Source: Camelus ferus (lineage: Eukaryota). Taken from it: DNA of 64,000 nucleotides. The stretch covers positions 53,198,001-53,262,000 of the forward strand of contig NC_045707.1 of NCBI RefSeq assembly GCF_009834535.1, written 5' to 3'. The notes below the pieces were generated by a model, which ran no database searches, was not told where the DNA came from, and saw only the letters and a list, made by a program, of their open reading frames with translations. The translations under genes and the position numbers were made by a program. Shown here piece after piece: positions 23,040 to 36,200 of the stretch (its first letter is position 1; every line of letters starts with the position of its first letter).

Positions 23040-23370
23040 TGCTGCCTCTTTCTTCTACAACTTTTACATGTTGTTAAGTCATATTGTACTTCTCAGTTCT
23101 AGAATTTCTTTTTTAAAAATACTTTCACTATCTCTGCTGAGATTCTCCATCAGCTCACTCATTATGTTCACCTTTTCCTTTAAATCCTTGAACATATTAA
23201 TACTGGGTGTCCCAAAGTCTTTATCCTTTAATTCCAACATCTGGGTTGTCTTGGGGGGTCTCTTTCTATTGTCTACTTTTTCCTGGATTATTAGGTCACA
23301 TTTTCCTTCTTCTTCATGTCTGGTAATGCTTTATTGAATGCTGAACATTGTACTGGTATGCTATAGAGGA
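23040..23370 (-). mobile_element. Old L1M fragment
   Basis: tacttctcagttctagaatttc...ctatctctgctgagattctccatc...taattccaacatctggg is typical antisense L1M sequence. Confidence 0.6.
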
Positions 23371-23949
23371 TCTGCTTTATAAAATCTGTCCATTACAGCA
23401 GCCCAGACAGCACTGGAGGCATTTCAATGGCATAAATCTATGTCCTGGACCATTTCCTCTTCAGAACAAGGATCTTATTCCAGAACCAGCAGGAGGATGG
23501 TGGTGCCCTGGGCAGGTGGTTATGATTAGCTCTGTGATAAATGGACCACAATTTTCTCCTCTTAACATGCTTCTCATTTGAATGGTTCACTACTTAATGG
23601 AATTTCACAGATGTTCTGAAGCCCACTTGCCCTCTTTCAAGTTTGGAGATCCTGCTAACTTTGGGTGGGTATGGCCTCTACCGCATCGACGCAGCCATCA
23701 GCCCTGAAACTATGCTTGGGGAATGACTCCCCACCAACTCCTCTTGGCAAAATTGTGAAACATTTGCCTTCCCCCTCCATCTTAGTCAATGCCTGCCCGT
23801 GCAGATCTGCGCTTCATCTGGGGTTTTACCCACTTTTGTCAACCCATTCCCTCACTGGGAAGACCATTTTGTACAGAAATTTGTACTAGGCTGTGAGTGA
23901 CTGGCCCACCTCCCCTCGGTAAGCACTCACAACTAGTTTCAGTAATAGC

Positions 23950-24195
23950 ATTGTAGTGATTGTAAGTACAGGACTCTGAAGTCAGATTTCCTGGGTTCCA
24001 ATTCTGGGTCAATCATTTACAAGCTATGTGGCTTTGCGCAGATTAACTATCTCTGAACCTCAGTTGTCTCATTAGTAACATTATGATTATTAATAGAACC
24101 CACTCAGAATGGAAGGATTAAGTGAGACGGTATGTATCAAGTGCTTATAACAGTGCTTGGTGCATAGAAAGTGCCAGTGAATACAAGCTATTTCC
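23950..24195 (+). mobile_element. Near-full-length MIR
   Basis: ggactctgaagtcagatttcctgggttccaattctgg...agctatgtggctttg...ctctgaacctcagttgtctcat...ggattaagtgagac...aagtgcttataacagtgcttggtgcatag. Confidence 0.85.
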
Positions 24196-27100
24196 CATTT
24201 TTGGAATTTTTTTCCATTTATGAAAAAATTAAAAAACAAAAGAAAAACAGAAAGGGGAAATAAAAATCATAAACCACCCATTCTGATGCATTTTCTTGGT
24301 CTTTTATTTGTACCGACATAGGTATCTTTTAAAATGAAGTTAGGAGAGCAGTGTTTACATGCTGCTTATGGTTACCTTCTTCCTTGCCTGTGGCCTTAAT
24401 GAGTCTTAAACCCCATTCTTTTTAATCGGATTCAAGGTATCCCACTGAATGGATGGAGCATAGTTAAATCAGCTAATCCTCTAATATCTGACCAATATTC
24501 ACTATTACAAACACTGTGCCTGATCGGCTTTATGCCTGTTTGATGATATCCTTCTTAACAACCCCACAAGGTGCAGTGACGGCGTTAAAGAGCATGAGAC
24601 GGCTGAGACTGGGTGCATGTGAGCGACGCCTGTGAGCATCCTTTAACTCAGACGGGACTTCTGGTTTGGATTCAGGTAAGGACCCAGCCTGATTTTGAAT
24701 GCCGGGTGTTTCTGGTGCACTGACATAGATCACCCCCATCCCGGCCTATTGCCCACAAGCCGCGCACCAAGCTTTCAGATCCGAGGGTTCAAACACGCTT
24801 GCCTCGGTCCTCCTGGACAGCTGAGATGCCGCCCGCGGCCAGTGGGTGCTTGTCTGGTTAGAGACTGGCTGCCTGGTCGATGGACACTCCCCTGCAGATT
24901 TTGCTGACTGGCACCTGCTCATTTCCTGTCTGGCATCATCAGAATTTGATGAAAATCTTTGGTTTACGATTTGTTTTGCATTTTCCTCCTCGTCTGGAGT
25001 TTTGCAACTGGGACCTGAGGCTGTGAGGCCCAGCAGAAAAGGGAGCAGCTCCAGACTGAGTGACTCAGCCCAGTTTCCCACAGCCACAGGCCTCGGCTTC
25101 TCTGAGTATGGCTGAGAGCCTGGCCACGGCCAGGACACTCGGCTCCTCAGCTAAGCGGGGAGACTACTGCCACCTCCAGCTGCACTTGGCACATGACTGA
25201 AGGGACACCAGGCTCTGCGTCACCTCCAAACCCATCTATCCGGGCCAGTGGGGGCTGGTGACGGAGGACACTTCCCGTGAATCTGAGCCCCTCCAAATGG
25301 AAGGGTCCTGGCCCTCCCCCTGCCCCTCTTAAGGGCAGCTGTCCCTGAGCCTCATCTGCATTCAGCTAAATACTATGTCTTTGTAACATTTTTGATCTTC
25401 ATTAATTATAGCTCAGGAAAGCTGGCAAAGACAACCTGTCTCTTTCATATAAACAAGATTAATTGCACGGTTCCTGCAGAAAATGAGCGACCAGCAGTTT
25501 AACAAAAAATGTTTGTCTTTAAGCAGCCTTTGGATAAAAAAAAAATTAAAACTGTTACAGGAAGTGGGGGAGCTGCCAAATTAGCGCGCCCGCAGGCCTC
25601 ACCCTCATTATCAGACTGAAGGAACACACGCCCCTGGCCTTTCATCCTCCTCCAGGCCCGGCAACGGGGAGGGGAAGAAAGCAACTTAGCACAAAGCAGT
25701 GTCTCTGAAGTCTGGAATGCAGCCGGCTGTTTGAAGGTGGATTTGCACCCGACACCTTGCCCTGAGCTCCCTGTCAGGACTCGCCGGTCTTCACACCCCC
25801 CCAGACTGCCGTTCTGGGCTCTTCATCTCATAACGACCACATAATCCAAGAAAAGTGCACACAGTATCACGATCACTTTCATTAATAACCATGAAATAGG
25901 CCTTCCTTCAGCAAATGAAGAAACCCAAACATCAAATACGCGCAGCGGGCTGGGGCCGGGGCTCCTGGGGGCGGAGCAAGGCGCACCGCTGGCAGGCACT
26001 TCACTGCCACCCTGCCGCTCCAGGGTCTCTGGCCCTCACTGAGAGAAAGTGGAGCCCAGCTGGGCACTTGCTCCCCAACCCTCACCCCGGTACTCAAGAG
26101 GCCCGCTGGCATCCAGCCTTCTGCTAGGATCCCCTGGGGCGGCTGGGGACCCGGGGACCTAAAGTGAGGCTTCTGCCCGGGATGCTGTGACCTTAATCAG
26201 AAAGACCACCGGGGAGAGCCGGTTCTCCAGGCTCGGGGCTGGCTCGGGGGAGACTGCAGGTTTGGGGCAGGTCAACGGTGCGGTTGGTGCGAGTCTGGGA
26301 GCTGCAGCCACTAAAGAAATACCCTCGCACGCCCACATGGGGTGGTCTCCATGGCTGGAGGCTGGAGGCTGGAGGCTGGAGAGCCGGAGGCGCGCTGGGG
26401 TGGTGATGTGCTTTCCCGGAGAAAAGAGGGGCGCAGAGGGACATGGGACTTTCCGAGGTTGGGGATGCAGGGACACAGCGACCTGATGCCCGGAGACGGG
26501 TCTGAAACACGCCAGCCTGCCCCTCACTGATGCTGACACAGTCCAGGGTGGGGCAGGGGGAGGGGAGTGGACCCAGCTATCTGCTGTCACTGTTGCCTCC
26601 CCAGGCGGGAGGAGCTGGGTCGAGGGGTCTCCCTGTGGCCCGGGTGGGGGCCTCCTGGATTTTCACGACCAGAACGTTGCCTCTCTCTGCTTTTCTGTGA
26701 TGTTCAAACCCTGTGCTGAAATGACTCAGTCTGTAAGGTTCCCAGGGACCCTGGTTCAAAGGAAGTCCCTGGGCTGAGGGGGCTTTGGGGCCCCACAACC
26801 CTCAGGGGGTCCAGCCAGGCCCACAGCAGTGCTGGTGCCCCCAGAACGCGGCCCTGGAAGCAGGCAGAGTGGCCGGGGCTGGTGAGCAGTCTCAGTGGAT
26901 CGGCGAGGCTCTCCCCAGACTAAGCCAGGAGGGGTTACGCAGCGCCTGGCACAGAACAGCATATGAAAACCTCCGTGGGTCTTCACCTCGGGACTTGGGC
27001 CCCCTCTTGAAATACTAGTACACACACATCCAAGTGTAAGAGAATTTATGCACGCACGTGCCGTGGCCTGGTACCTCTCTGCTGCACATGGAACTGCGCA

Positions 27101-29429
27101 CTCAATATCCCGTCCAGGGAGGATGCTGGTCTCCACGCGTGAAGTGACTCCACGACGTACTAACGGAGGGGCTGGCGCTTTGAGGACACACTGCCCCAGA
27201 CCCCGGCCAGCAACCAGGGAGGAAGGCAGCCCGGGGAGTCTCCTGACGACCAGCGACAAGTGGGCTGGGGTCCGAAGGGCGGTCCGGCCCGGCCTAGCCC
27301 CTCACGAGCACCAGGTCTCTCAACGGGTGCTTTCTGGAACTCTGGGGGCGTGGGGGAGGGGCCCGGCGGGGGCTCACTTCGGCCTCCACTGTCCCCTCTG
27401 CAAACAGAAAAGCGGACCATGCCCACATCGCCTGGCCTCAGTCATTGACATTTTCCCCCCATTTTTTCACATTTTCCTGACTATAAAAACTCTATAGAAA
27501 GCCTTCAAGTATGTAAAAGTATAAAGAAGAAACCTGAAAGTCACGTAGAGTCCTGCCATCAGGAAGGATGAGATTTTGATACATTTTAAAAATTTTATAT
27601 ACACATGAAACTGAGAATCGTGTTGTGTATTGCGTGTTGTATCGTTTCTGTCTAACGACTTAACGAGCATCTCCTTGGTCGCCACGTCCTGCTCAGGGAC
27701 ACAGCTGCGTACTCAGATTCCACCGCACGGATAGGCCACGAGCCGTTAATGCACCCCACGGTCTGACAGTCACGTGTATCCCGGTGTCTCTGACTATTGT
27801 CATCAATGTCACAACGTCGGACTTCACACAGCGTGAGGGGCGCTAACTGTTCCCTTACACACTCCCCGTGGCAGAACTGCTGGGTCTGAGACCCAGAGAT
27901 GTGGGGGCAGGGAGTGCAGAGTCCGCAGGGTGGACCCCACTGCTGAGCCCTGCGGTCCTGGGAGGGGTCGGAGTCCCAGAGAGAAGAGCAGGAGGATAGG
28001 ACCACGTCCGACGCCCTCCCTCCTCAACAAGGCAGGAGTCCGGGTCACACCCAGCCTGTGGAAGCTCCGCGCGGGGCCCCGGGCTCATCGGTGGCCCTGG
28101 GGCGGCCAGTCGGGAGGTCTGGGGCCCCTCCCTGAGGACACACTGCGCCTGCTCCTCCCCAGACTCAGCTGCTCTGGGACTTGCCAGCGTCATCTTAACC
28201 CAAGTCACTGCTTGTGACAATCTGATGACACCATGGGGTTGTTGTGTGTCTTGCAGATAAAACGAGTCAAAGGGGTCAGGTCGAGTGTCTTCGTTCGCAC
28301 AACCACTAAGGGCTGACGGGACTCGCACTGGAACTTCCCACCCAAGACGACCGCCTCCTGGCGGCCCCGCTGCGCCTCCATCCCAGCCCGACCTGACGCA
28401 CACGCTTCTCAAGGCCAGCATACCACCAGCTCATGGTCACATGGATTAAAAGCTCAAATTCAGAGCCCCTCGGTCTTTATCGGTTACGATAAGGATGTAC
28501 GAACACCCTGGCATTGTCCTGGGGTGAGGGGGGCAGCCTCGGGGATGCCGAGGAAAGCAGCTGTGGTGCTTGACCTCCTGCCAGTCATTTCCGCAGCAGC
28601 AACCTGACAGACAGAACCAAACGCTGTGGCTCTGCCTGGCGGTCAAGTCTGGCCAGTCACTCAGGTCCCCCTTAGGCCAGCCCAGAAGGAGCGCCAGGCC
28701 GTCTCTGGGCCCTAACTTAGCTCAGCGGAGGCCACACGCAGAGATGCTTTAGAGTTTGGGAAACTCCACCATGAAGTTTCTTAATGACGTTCCGGGCAAA
28801 TGTGAAGTGCCTTCTATCAGTGAAAAGATCTCACAAATTCCAAATCTGGTTAAGTGGACGTTCGTAGGAGCCATGAGAAAAAATTCAATGTTTCAATATG
28901 CCTTTGAAGGCCATCTGCAATCTGTCCCTGAGGTGCCCAGAGCAGACATTCTTAACTTTAAGAAGATGTGAATTGTAAGAACTACAAGAGGAAATTTTAG
29001 AAATTAACCTGGTTTGAGATCCTTGAAGATTCACGTGATTGTGAGAAACAGTGGGACCCCCCCCCCCGTAACCCCAGTGCTCTCGTCTTACAAAACTGTG
29101 GTAGGATGTCTCCTGGGTAGTCAGGAGGCTGACGGTTACGAGAGGACTTTCCAGAGACTTTATAAAACTCTGTCAACTGCGAGAGCAGAACGAACCTGGG
29201 GCCCTTCAGGACTTGTGACCAATTCGGGGCAATGCCCAGGCTGAGGGTCTCGTGGGAGGGCCTGGCCCCGCCCCACTCCCCGCAAATAGGGGCCCTTCCA
29301 TTGTTCTACCCTGAATGGCCAAGGGCGGGAGGAGGGAACAAGGGTGCCCAAGGCCCCTGGACGAACGGTGGACCAGGAGGCTGCGAGGTCCCACCAGCTC
29401 CAGCCCTGGCCGCTCCTGCACTCCCCTCT

Positions 29430-29625
29430 CCACCCACTTCCTTTGCCACAAGATGCAGCGGCTTAGCCTGGCGTGTCCAGTACGGCAGCCACTGTCCACA
29501 TGTGTGGCTAAGCACCTGAACACGGCTAATGTGACTGGGGAACAGAGTCTTCCATGTGAATTAATCTTGATCATTTTACACATACAGACATGTGTGGCCA
29601 GTGGCTACCCCACTGGCAGGACAGA
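29430..29625 (+). mobile_element. MER3 (hAT-Charlie)
   Basis: tgtccagtacggcagccactgtccacatgtgtggctaagcacctgaacacggctaatgtgactggggaac...atgtgtggccagtggctacc. Confidence 0.7.
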
Positions 29626-32600
29626 AAGTCCTTCAATCAGTCCTTCAATCTCTCCACTTCGTGAATGTTCTGAGATATCTAGTTTGTCTGGGTGGCCGTC
29701 TGGCCTCCTGTGGGATGGGCGGAGAGCCTCAGTCCCGGGGAAGCCGAGGCTCGAGACTCAGGACTTTTCCACGGCGGGTCTGTGCCCCATCGCACGCACA
29801 CCCAGTTCGCTTGACCTCCAGATGAAACGCATCCTTGTGCGTTACACAGCCGCCTCCAGCAACCCACCTGTTCTCTCATCCCCCTCGCAAATGGTGTGAA
29901 CCCAAAATGTGGGAAATAAAAGCTCACACTCTAAACAGCAAGACAGGCACTTCTGGAAAACCCCATGGTAACCAGTGACTGAAATCAGGGTAATTTTTTG
30001 ACGACTAAGAGACTCCTATTTAAAGAATTAAGTGTCTATGAGCAAAAGGAGCAGCAAATAGCAAACCAACTCTAGGAAGGAGAACACACGGAAGTAAATC
30101 CAAACAGAAGCTCACAACACACTGGATTCGACACAGTTTGTTAGCTGTCCTCCCTGCCCCCCCCCCCAGCGTGGCCCCCGCCCGGGGTCGGGCTTCTCCC
30201 AAGAGACCTGGTCCTTCTCCATCAACGCCCCCCAGACTGCAGACAGTTCTGCACACCACACAGCATGACAAAAATACCCCTTAGAATAAGGGGTAATTCA
30301 TTCATTCTAATTAAATCCTGTAAAGTTCAGCTTATTATTTAAATATTTATATATTTAAGAATCTGAGGCTTTTTCTCCTCAGTAGCACAACTTGCTTATT
30401 TCACACTAACTTCCTAAAAGGTTACTCTTTATTTATTTCCCACAAACAGTTAACCACTGTCTCCGGGAGTGTCTTTTCCCAGCCCCAGGGTCAGTTATGT
30501 CCTTTAATAACCACAGGCACAGGTCCCCGCTCGACAGGCGCACTGCACACGAGGGCGATGCTAAGCCCTCACGGGCCTTCTCCGACCCCCACAGGTGGGA
30601 GAAGGACCCGGGCTCTCCCTCTTACCTGCGGGTGTCTGGTGGCCCCTGCATCCTGCTTTCAGGTCCTCTGCAGAGGAAGCCTGCCCTTCCTTGGGTTTAT
30701 GGTAACGGGGGTCTGATGCAGGAGGGGTGTGGCTCCCCGCGCAGGATGGCAGGTGAAGACAGGGAGCGCGGGGTTTTATCACTTCACAGGTGAAATCCAA
30801 TACTGGGCCTTTCATGTCTCTCGCCCCTCCCCGCCCCTCCCCGCCCCTTCCCGAACCTGTTTCTTCTGCACCCGCTCACCCCCACCCCCAGGCAAAGGTA
30901 TATTTCCTGAAAACTGGAAAAACCAGGTACTAGCAACCTCAGATCAGTGCTAATTAAATTAGGCTGTAAAATTCAGGCTGTGAGTGACAGCTCCCCCGTT
31001 CCGACTGGGCCCCTAACAGGCCTAGCGAGCGCCTCTGATGCCACCCTGATCCGGGGTAGACGGGGCTCAGGCTGCGAGCACATCAAGGGTTCTGAGCAGA
31101 CTGACTTGGAAGCAACCCTCTCCTCCTGGCCTTTTCTGCCCCAGCTTCCATCTCACATGTTAAGTTTCAAGAACTCGAATAAGTCCCCACATAGCATTTC
31201 ATTAGCCGCTCAAGTTCCATCTTTGTTATTAACATCGTGTTGGGTGATCTTTACAATAAGCACATGGACAGTGGGTGAGGGCGGCGCTGAGTTGCTACCT
31301 GACTTCGGGAGCCCTTCCCAGGCTGAGTCCCCCTGAGGTGACACTCTTGGGGACACAGGGGGTGCATCATCTGATGTCTCGCTGGGCCCCCGTGCAGTCC
31401 TGGGGGCCAGAGCCTGGACATCAGGATGCCAGCTGTAACAGCGGGCAGCTCTGCTGTCTCTGGTTTGTTCCCACGGAGGGAACCCCATCTCGTCCCAGGA
31501 GCGCCCGGCCATGGCACGCTGTCATTGGGCATGGAGGAGAGGGGCTTCAGCTCTGTGGCTCTGCCTGCAGGGAGGGAAGGCAGCCCACCCTCCCTTGAGC
31601 TACACGTGAGGTTGCAGAACCAGGAGCTGGCCCTGGAAGGCAGCAGGGGGAGGACTGGCCCTGGGAGAGGACGCTGATCCACACAGGACAGCAGCTCCAC
31701 AACGTGGTTGGGGCCAAGGAGGGGCAGCAAGCAGGACCCCTTCCCCAGGGCCACCCGGGCACTCAGTACTTCTGAGATCAGGTCCCTGGGGTAGTCAGCT
31801 GTGGGTTCATATTTCACAGAGAAAACCAGAAAAAAGTTAAGAATATCAAAGGTAGAATTTTCTTTTGCTTCAGAACTTCATGTCCCCCGAGGCTGCGGTG
31901 GGCCGGGTTTTGAGGTCCCGCAGGCTGGAGGGGGCTAGATGGGGAGTCTTGCTGCTCTCTGGTCTTCAAAGCGAGTGTTTATGGGTTTCTTGATTGTCTT
32001 TCTATCCTCTTTTGTTATCAAAGAGGCTTGTAACAGTCCTGTGTGCAACAAGTGACTTCCTGATTTTTCTGCCAAACAAGGTGGTTATAAAACTTGAAAG
32101 AAATTGGGCACTGAGCGAAAGTGTCTTTGCAGAAAAATTTAAGGTGAGTTTGATCCTTTAATTGCCTAAATTTTACCTCATAAACCAACCTCTTTCCTCC
32201 TTTTCCTCAAAGCCTCCGACGACACGGTCTACGGAGTTAAACCAGACTGGAGCTGCTTGTTCGAGAGCCGCCAGGATGAGACTCCCTCCCGGACCAGCGT
32301 GTGTGGGAGCAGCGGCTTCTCGGAGGCCAAGGGTGGAAACCCTGCAGATTAGCGGCGCTAAGGCCCGTCAGATGTGGCTTTGTGGGACCCCCCCACCGCC
32401 CGCAGCCACAGAGTGTGGAGGCAAGGTGGACGTGGGGGGAGCCGAGCTCACCATGCATGGACAGAGAGATGGGGGGGGGGGGGAGCACACGGACGTGGCC
32501 CTGAGACTCGACGGTGCCAGGGCGGCCTGGGTCTAAGTGTGGAGCCTCCAGCCCAGCCCTGGAAGTCCCGTCTGTCCTCACGGACTGACGTGAGGCGGTG

Positions 32601-32864
32601 AGGTTGGTCTCACCTACACACTGGAACCCGAGGTCGTAAAACAGTGAAGCAACAGATCAGGAACTGGAACCTGTGGTGGGTGGTATTTATCTAAACACCA
32701 GCTTTTGTAAGAACCAAATGAGAAGGGGGTTGAAGTTGTAAGAGCAGCCTCAGCCCTGGACCCAGCAGCGGGTTGACATCCCTCAGCCTGGCCCGGGCCA
32801 CACCTCCTCCAGGCAGGCCGCCGGGTCACAGCTTCCGATGGGTTAGGACCCAAGCCCGCTCTGT

Positions 32865-33230
32865 GCTCAACATGTGTCCACAGAACGGCGACCTCAGCGT
32901 CACCTGTTAGAAGGGTGGGGTCTCCACCTGCCCAGGTCTCCTGAATCAGAATCTGCCTCTTAACCAGGTTCCCGGGTGACTCAGCGACCACGGACACCTG
33001 AGGAGGGATGGAGCCACACCCAGGTTTCCAGCCTCCTGGGTGTACGGCTCCGACAGTAAAAAAACTGCATGAGGGTCACACACGTGATGTCCCACTGCAC
33101 CGATCTGCTTTATGTCCATGGTACATATACACGTGTGGAAAGTTGAGAAGCAGGAGGTTAGGGTGGAAAACCATTCATTTACTAACGGTGCAAAGTCATT
33201 TGGTTGTTTAAACTTTGAAAACCAGGGTCG
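32865..33230. mobile_element. MER5-family (hAT-Charlie) fragments
   Basis: ctcctgaatcagaatctgcctcttaaccaggttcccgggtgactc and aaagttgagaagc are MER5A hallmarks. Confidence 0.6.
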
Positions 33231-36200
33231 TAGCATCTCGGGTCTGTTGAGAGAGGTTTCTCCTCCTCGGTCATCACTGTGAGGAGTGGTGAGGGGTCAG
33301 GCCCACAGGAAGCCCCGTGCTTGTTGGGGTTGAGGCCGAGGGGCCAGTAAGAGCTCCCCATTTCCCTCTTGACAGGAGTCTGGGGGCAGGCGTCTCAGAA
33401 CTCCCCCGCTACCCCCACCAGTGTGTCTGGCCTCAGCCTCCAGCTCCAAGGTCCAGTCCCGGCTCTTCCTCTGGCTGCGGGAGAAACTGGCCAGCACTCC
33501 TTCCACACACCGTGCACACCCGCCACATTGACCGGACTCAAGAAGCCACTCAGCCTTGGATTCGAGGTACCTGGATGATGGCACAGTCCTTGGGGATCTC
33601 AAGGGGAGAGGCCCTGGGCCTGGCTGCGCTGTTGGGAAACCCAGGCTCCAAGAAGGAGGATTTGGGCCTTGGAGAGAAGATAACCCTGAAGATTTTAAGT
33701 TCACGCCTCTGCAGGACTTGAAGTCGTTTGATTGTCCTAAACATGCTTTTCAAAAATGCCTCTAAGTATCTCGTTCCCTCAGATGCGTCTGGCAGGTCCT
33801 GGGTTGCAAGCTGAATAAATTGCTCAGTTTCCGGGAGCCGTGGGTTCAGCCCCCTGAAAGCTGGACGCCCCACGGCCCCAAGATGGGGCACCTCTGCACC
33901 ACCTCCAGGACCGGCCCGTCTCGAGGCACAAGCCCGTGGGCCCCGCCCCGTCGGGGTTGCGGGGACAAAGGTAGCGCCAGTTTGACGTTTCCCTTCTGCT
34001 TCTGCTCTCCTCTCTGCCTTGGCCCCACTTTTCAGATACACGTCGGAGTCTGTTTCTCAAGACCCCACGTGGAACTGCCCATCTCCCCGCCCCACTGATT
34101 TGTATGACTCGGGTGTGAGGCTGAAGTGGCTCCGGCTCCGGGAGGAGAGGCCAGGGAGCCGGCTCGGGGCCTGGCACTTCTCAGACGTTCATGGGGCCAG
34201 ACCCAGGCGGGGCCTCGGCACAGAGGGCTCCCAGCCCTGAGGATGGGGATGCAGCGGGCGTCGCTCAGAGCTGACAGCTGGAACGCAGCCAGCGAGGCTA
34301 TGAAGTGGGGGGTGGTTTGCTGCAGCTTCGCACTTTATTCCTCTTATTTCTCAGGCCAGGTTTTGATTAAGTGTGGGAATTTCACCTTGAGTCCCTGAAG
34401 AAAAGTATTACTACATGCACAGCCGGCAGCATCTCGGTGCTGAAAGAAATACAAAAGTGTGAACGATGAGAAGCCACAGTCCCAGGGCCTCACCGTCCAG
34501 TGGGAGAGACAGAAGGATAGAAACAGAAGAGCAGTGCCCGGCGGGATGACATTGCCGGTCAGAAGGCGTCAAGGGGAACCAGCACCTGCGGGTCCCCAGG
34601 ACGGTCCAACTCCACACGGGAAGGGACAGTGGGGGACCTCAGGGAAGGGCAGCGGACTGATGGGGAGAGTCCGGCTCTGGGGCTGGGGCCTCCGTATGCG
34701 GTGGTCGCCATATGACCACGTTCTGGGGAGCCACAACGGTCCATGACGGGGCTGCTTAGAGCTGGAACTCTCAGGCCCACCCAGGCCCTTGGAGTCAGGC
34801 CTGCAGGTCCCCGTGGCCCAGGGCGCGTTTGAGGATGGAGAAGCTCCTCTTCGGGGTGGGAGGAGCCGGGGGAGGGCTTGTAACCAGGCTTAGGACAAGG
34901 AGCCCTTTCAGGATTGTTCATCTGTGCATGTGAGCTCAGAGATCTGGCAGCCAGGAGCTGCGGGACTGAGCCCTGAAGCTGGAGGGAGAGTCCCGATGTC
35001 CCGCTGGAGGAACCGGCGGGGCGAGACCCACATGGAGGCACCGGACAGGCCTGGGGAGCCGGGTTGGCCAGAGCTGGCCCACACTCCGCATGATCATTTG
35101 TCAGTTCCAAGGGGGAGCAGGGTTCACTGAGAGCTGGGGTTCTGGGCATCACCAGTTTCTCCCCACTCAGGGAACCCAGCAGAGAAACTAGGGCAGTGGT
35201 TACTTGAGGCTTTCAGTAAAAGAAATGTTACTAGAATTTCTATAAGCCTAGAATTTCACATCATTAAAATAAGTTCAGAAAATGCACTTTAATTTGTTAG
35301 TGGTTCCAATGAAAGAAGACTCTCTGAACAATAATGTTTCGTCCTGGGAATCAACAAGACCAAACACATTTGGTGGAAATAGCTACCCTTCAGCAGGACA
35401 GAACGACCCATGAAAGGCTCCAAGACCTCGGTGGGGGTGGCCTTCTGCTTGTCCCACAGCGGATGAGGAAGGGGCAGTGAGGTCACTGGTCTCAGGGCTT
35501 AGAGAGTGAGGAGCCTGCAGGGTCACCGAGGGGAGATCGGCCTTGGACACAGGTGGCCTGACTCCCAGGCTCATCTCAGCTCTCAGGCCCTCCTGCCTCT
35601 GGACATGGGCCGGGAGAGGAGGGTGCGGTTTCCGCTCCGGGAAGGGGACACCTCCTGCCTGGTCTCCCCTTGGCCTTCTTGAATTTTCTTCTAGAGCTTT
35701 CTGAGCTGGGCATGCCCAGAACACAGCAACCTGTGCCCCAAACCCAAAAGTGGCTCCTACAAGGTGCTTTGTGGAGAGCTAGGCCTTAGACAGAGAGAAG
35801 CAGGAGCAGTGAGAGGGTGACCTGCCACCACCAGCCTCTTCTGGCCTCCGCCCCCACTTCTATTGGCCAAATCCACCTGGGGCCCTGTTGGTGCCGCCCA
35901 CGCAGGAGCCTCCCGAACAGAGCAGGGAGTGGGCTGGAGGGGTGGGAAAGCCGAGTGCGGTGAGGACAGGACTGGGGCTCCTCTGTCCGGCTAAGGTGGG
36001 CCCTACGTACAGCAGGTGCTCATAGCATTGGTGGAGGGGGTGGGAACTGCCCTGAGTGGAGGAGGGGGATGTGTGCCCACAGGTCTCCCCGCCCCGAGCA
36101 GGGCCACCGCTCTCGGCAGGCAGCGGGTGGTCAGCCCCAGAGGCCTGGGAGAGAGCTGGGGGCACAGGCTGGGGTGATTAAACCAACTTGCCAGATTCTG

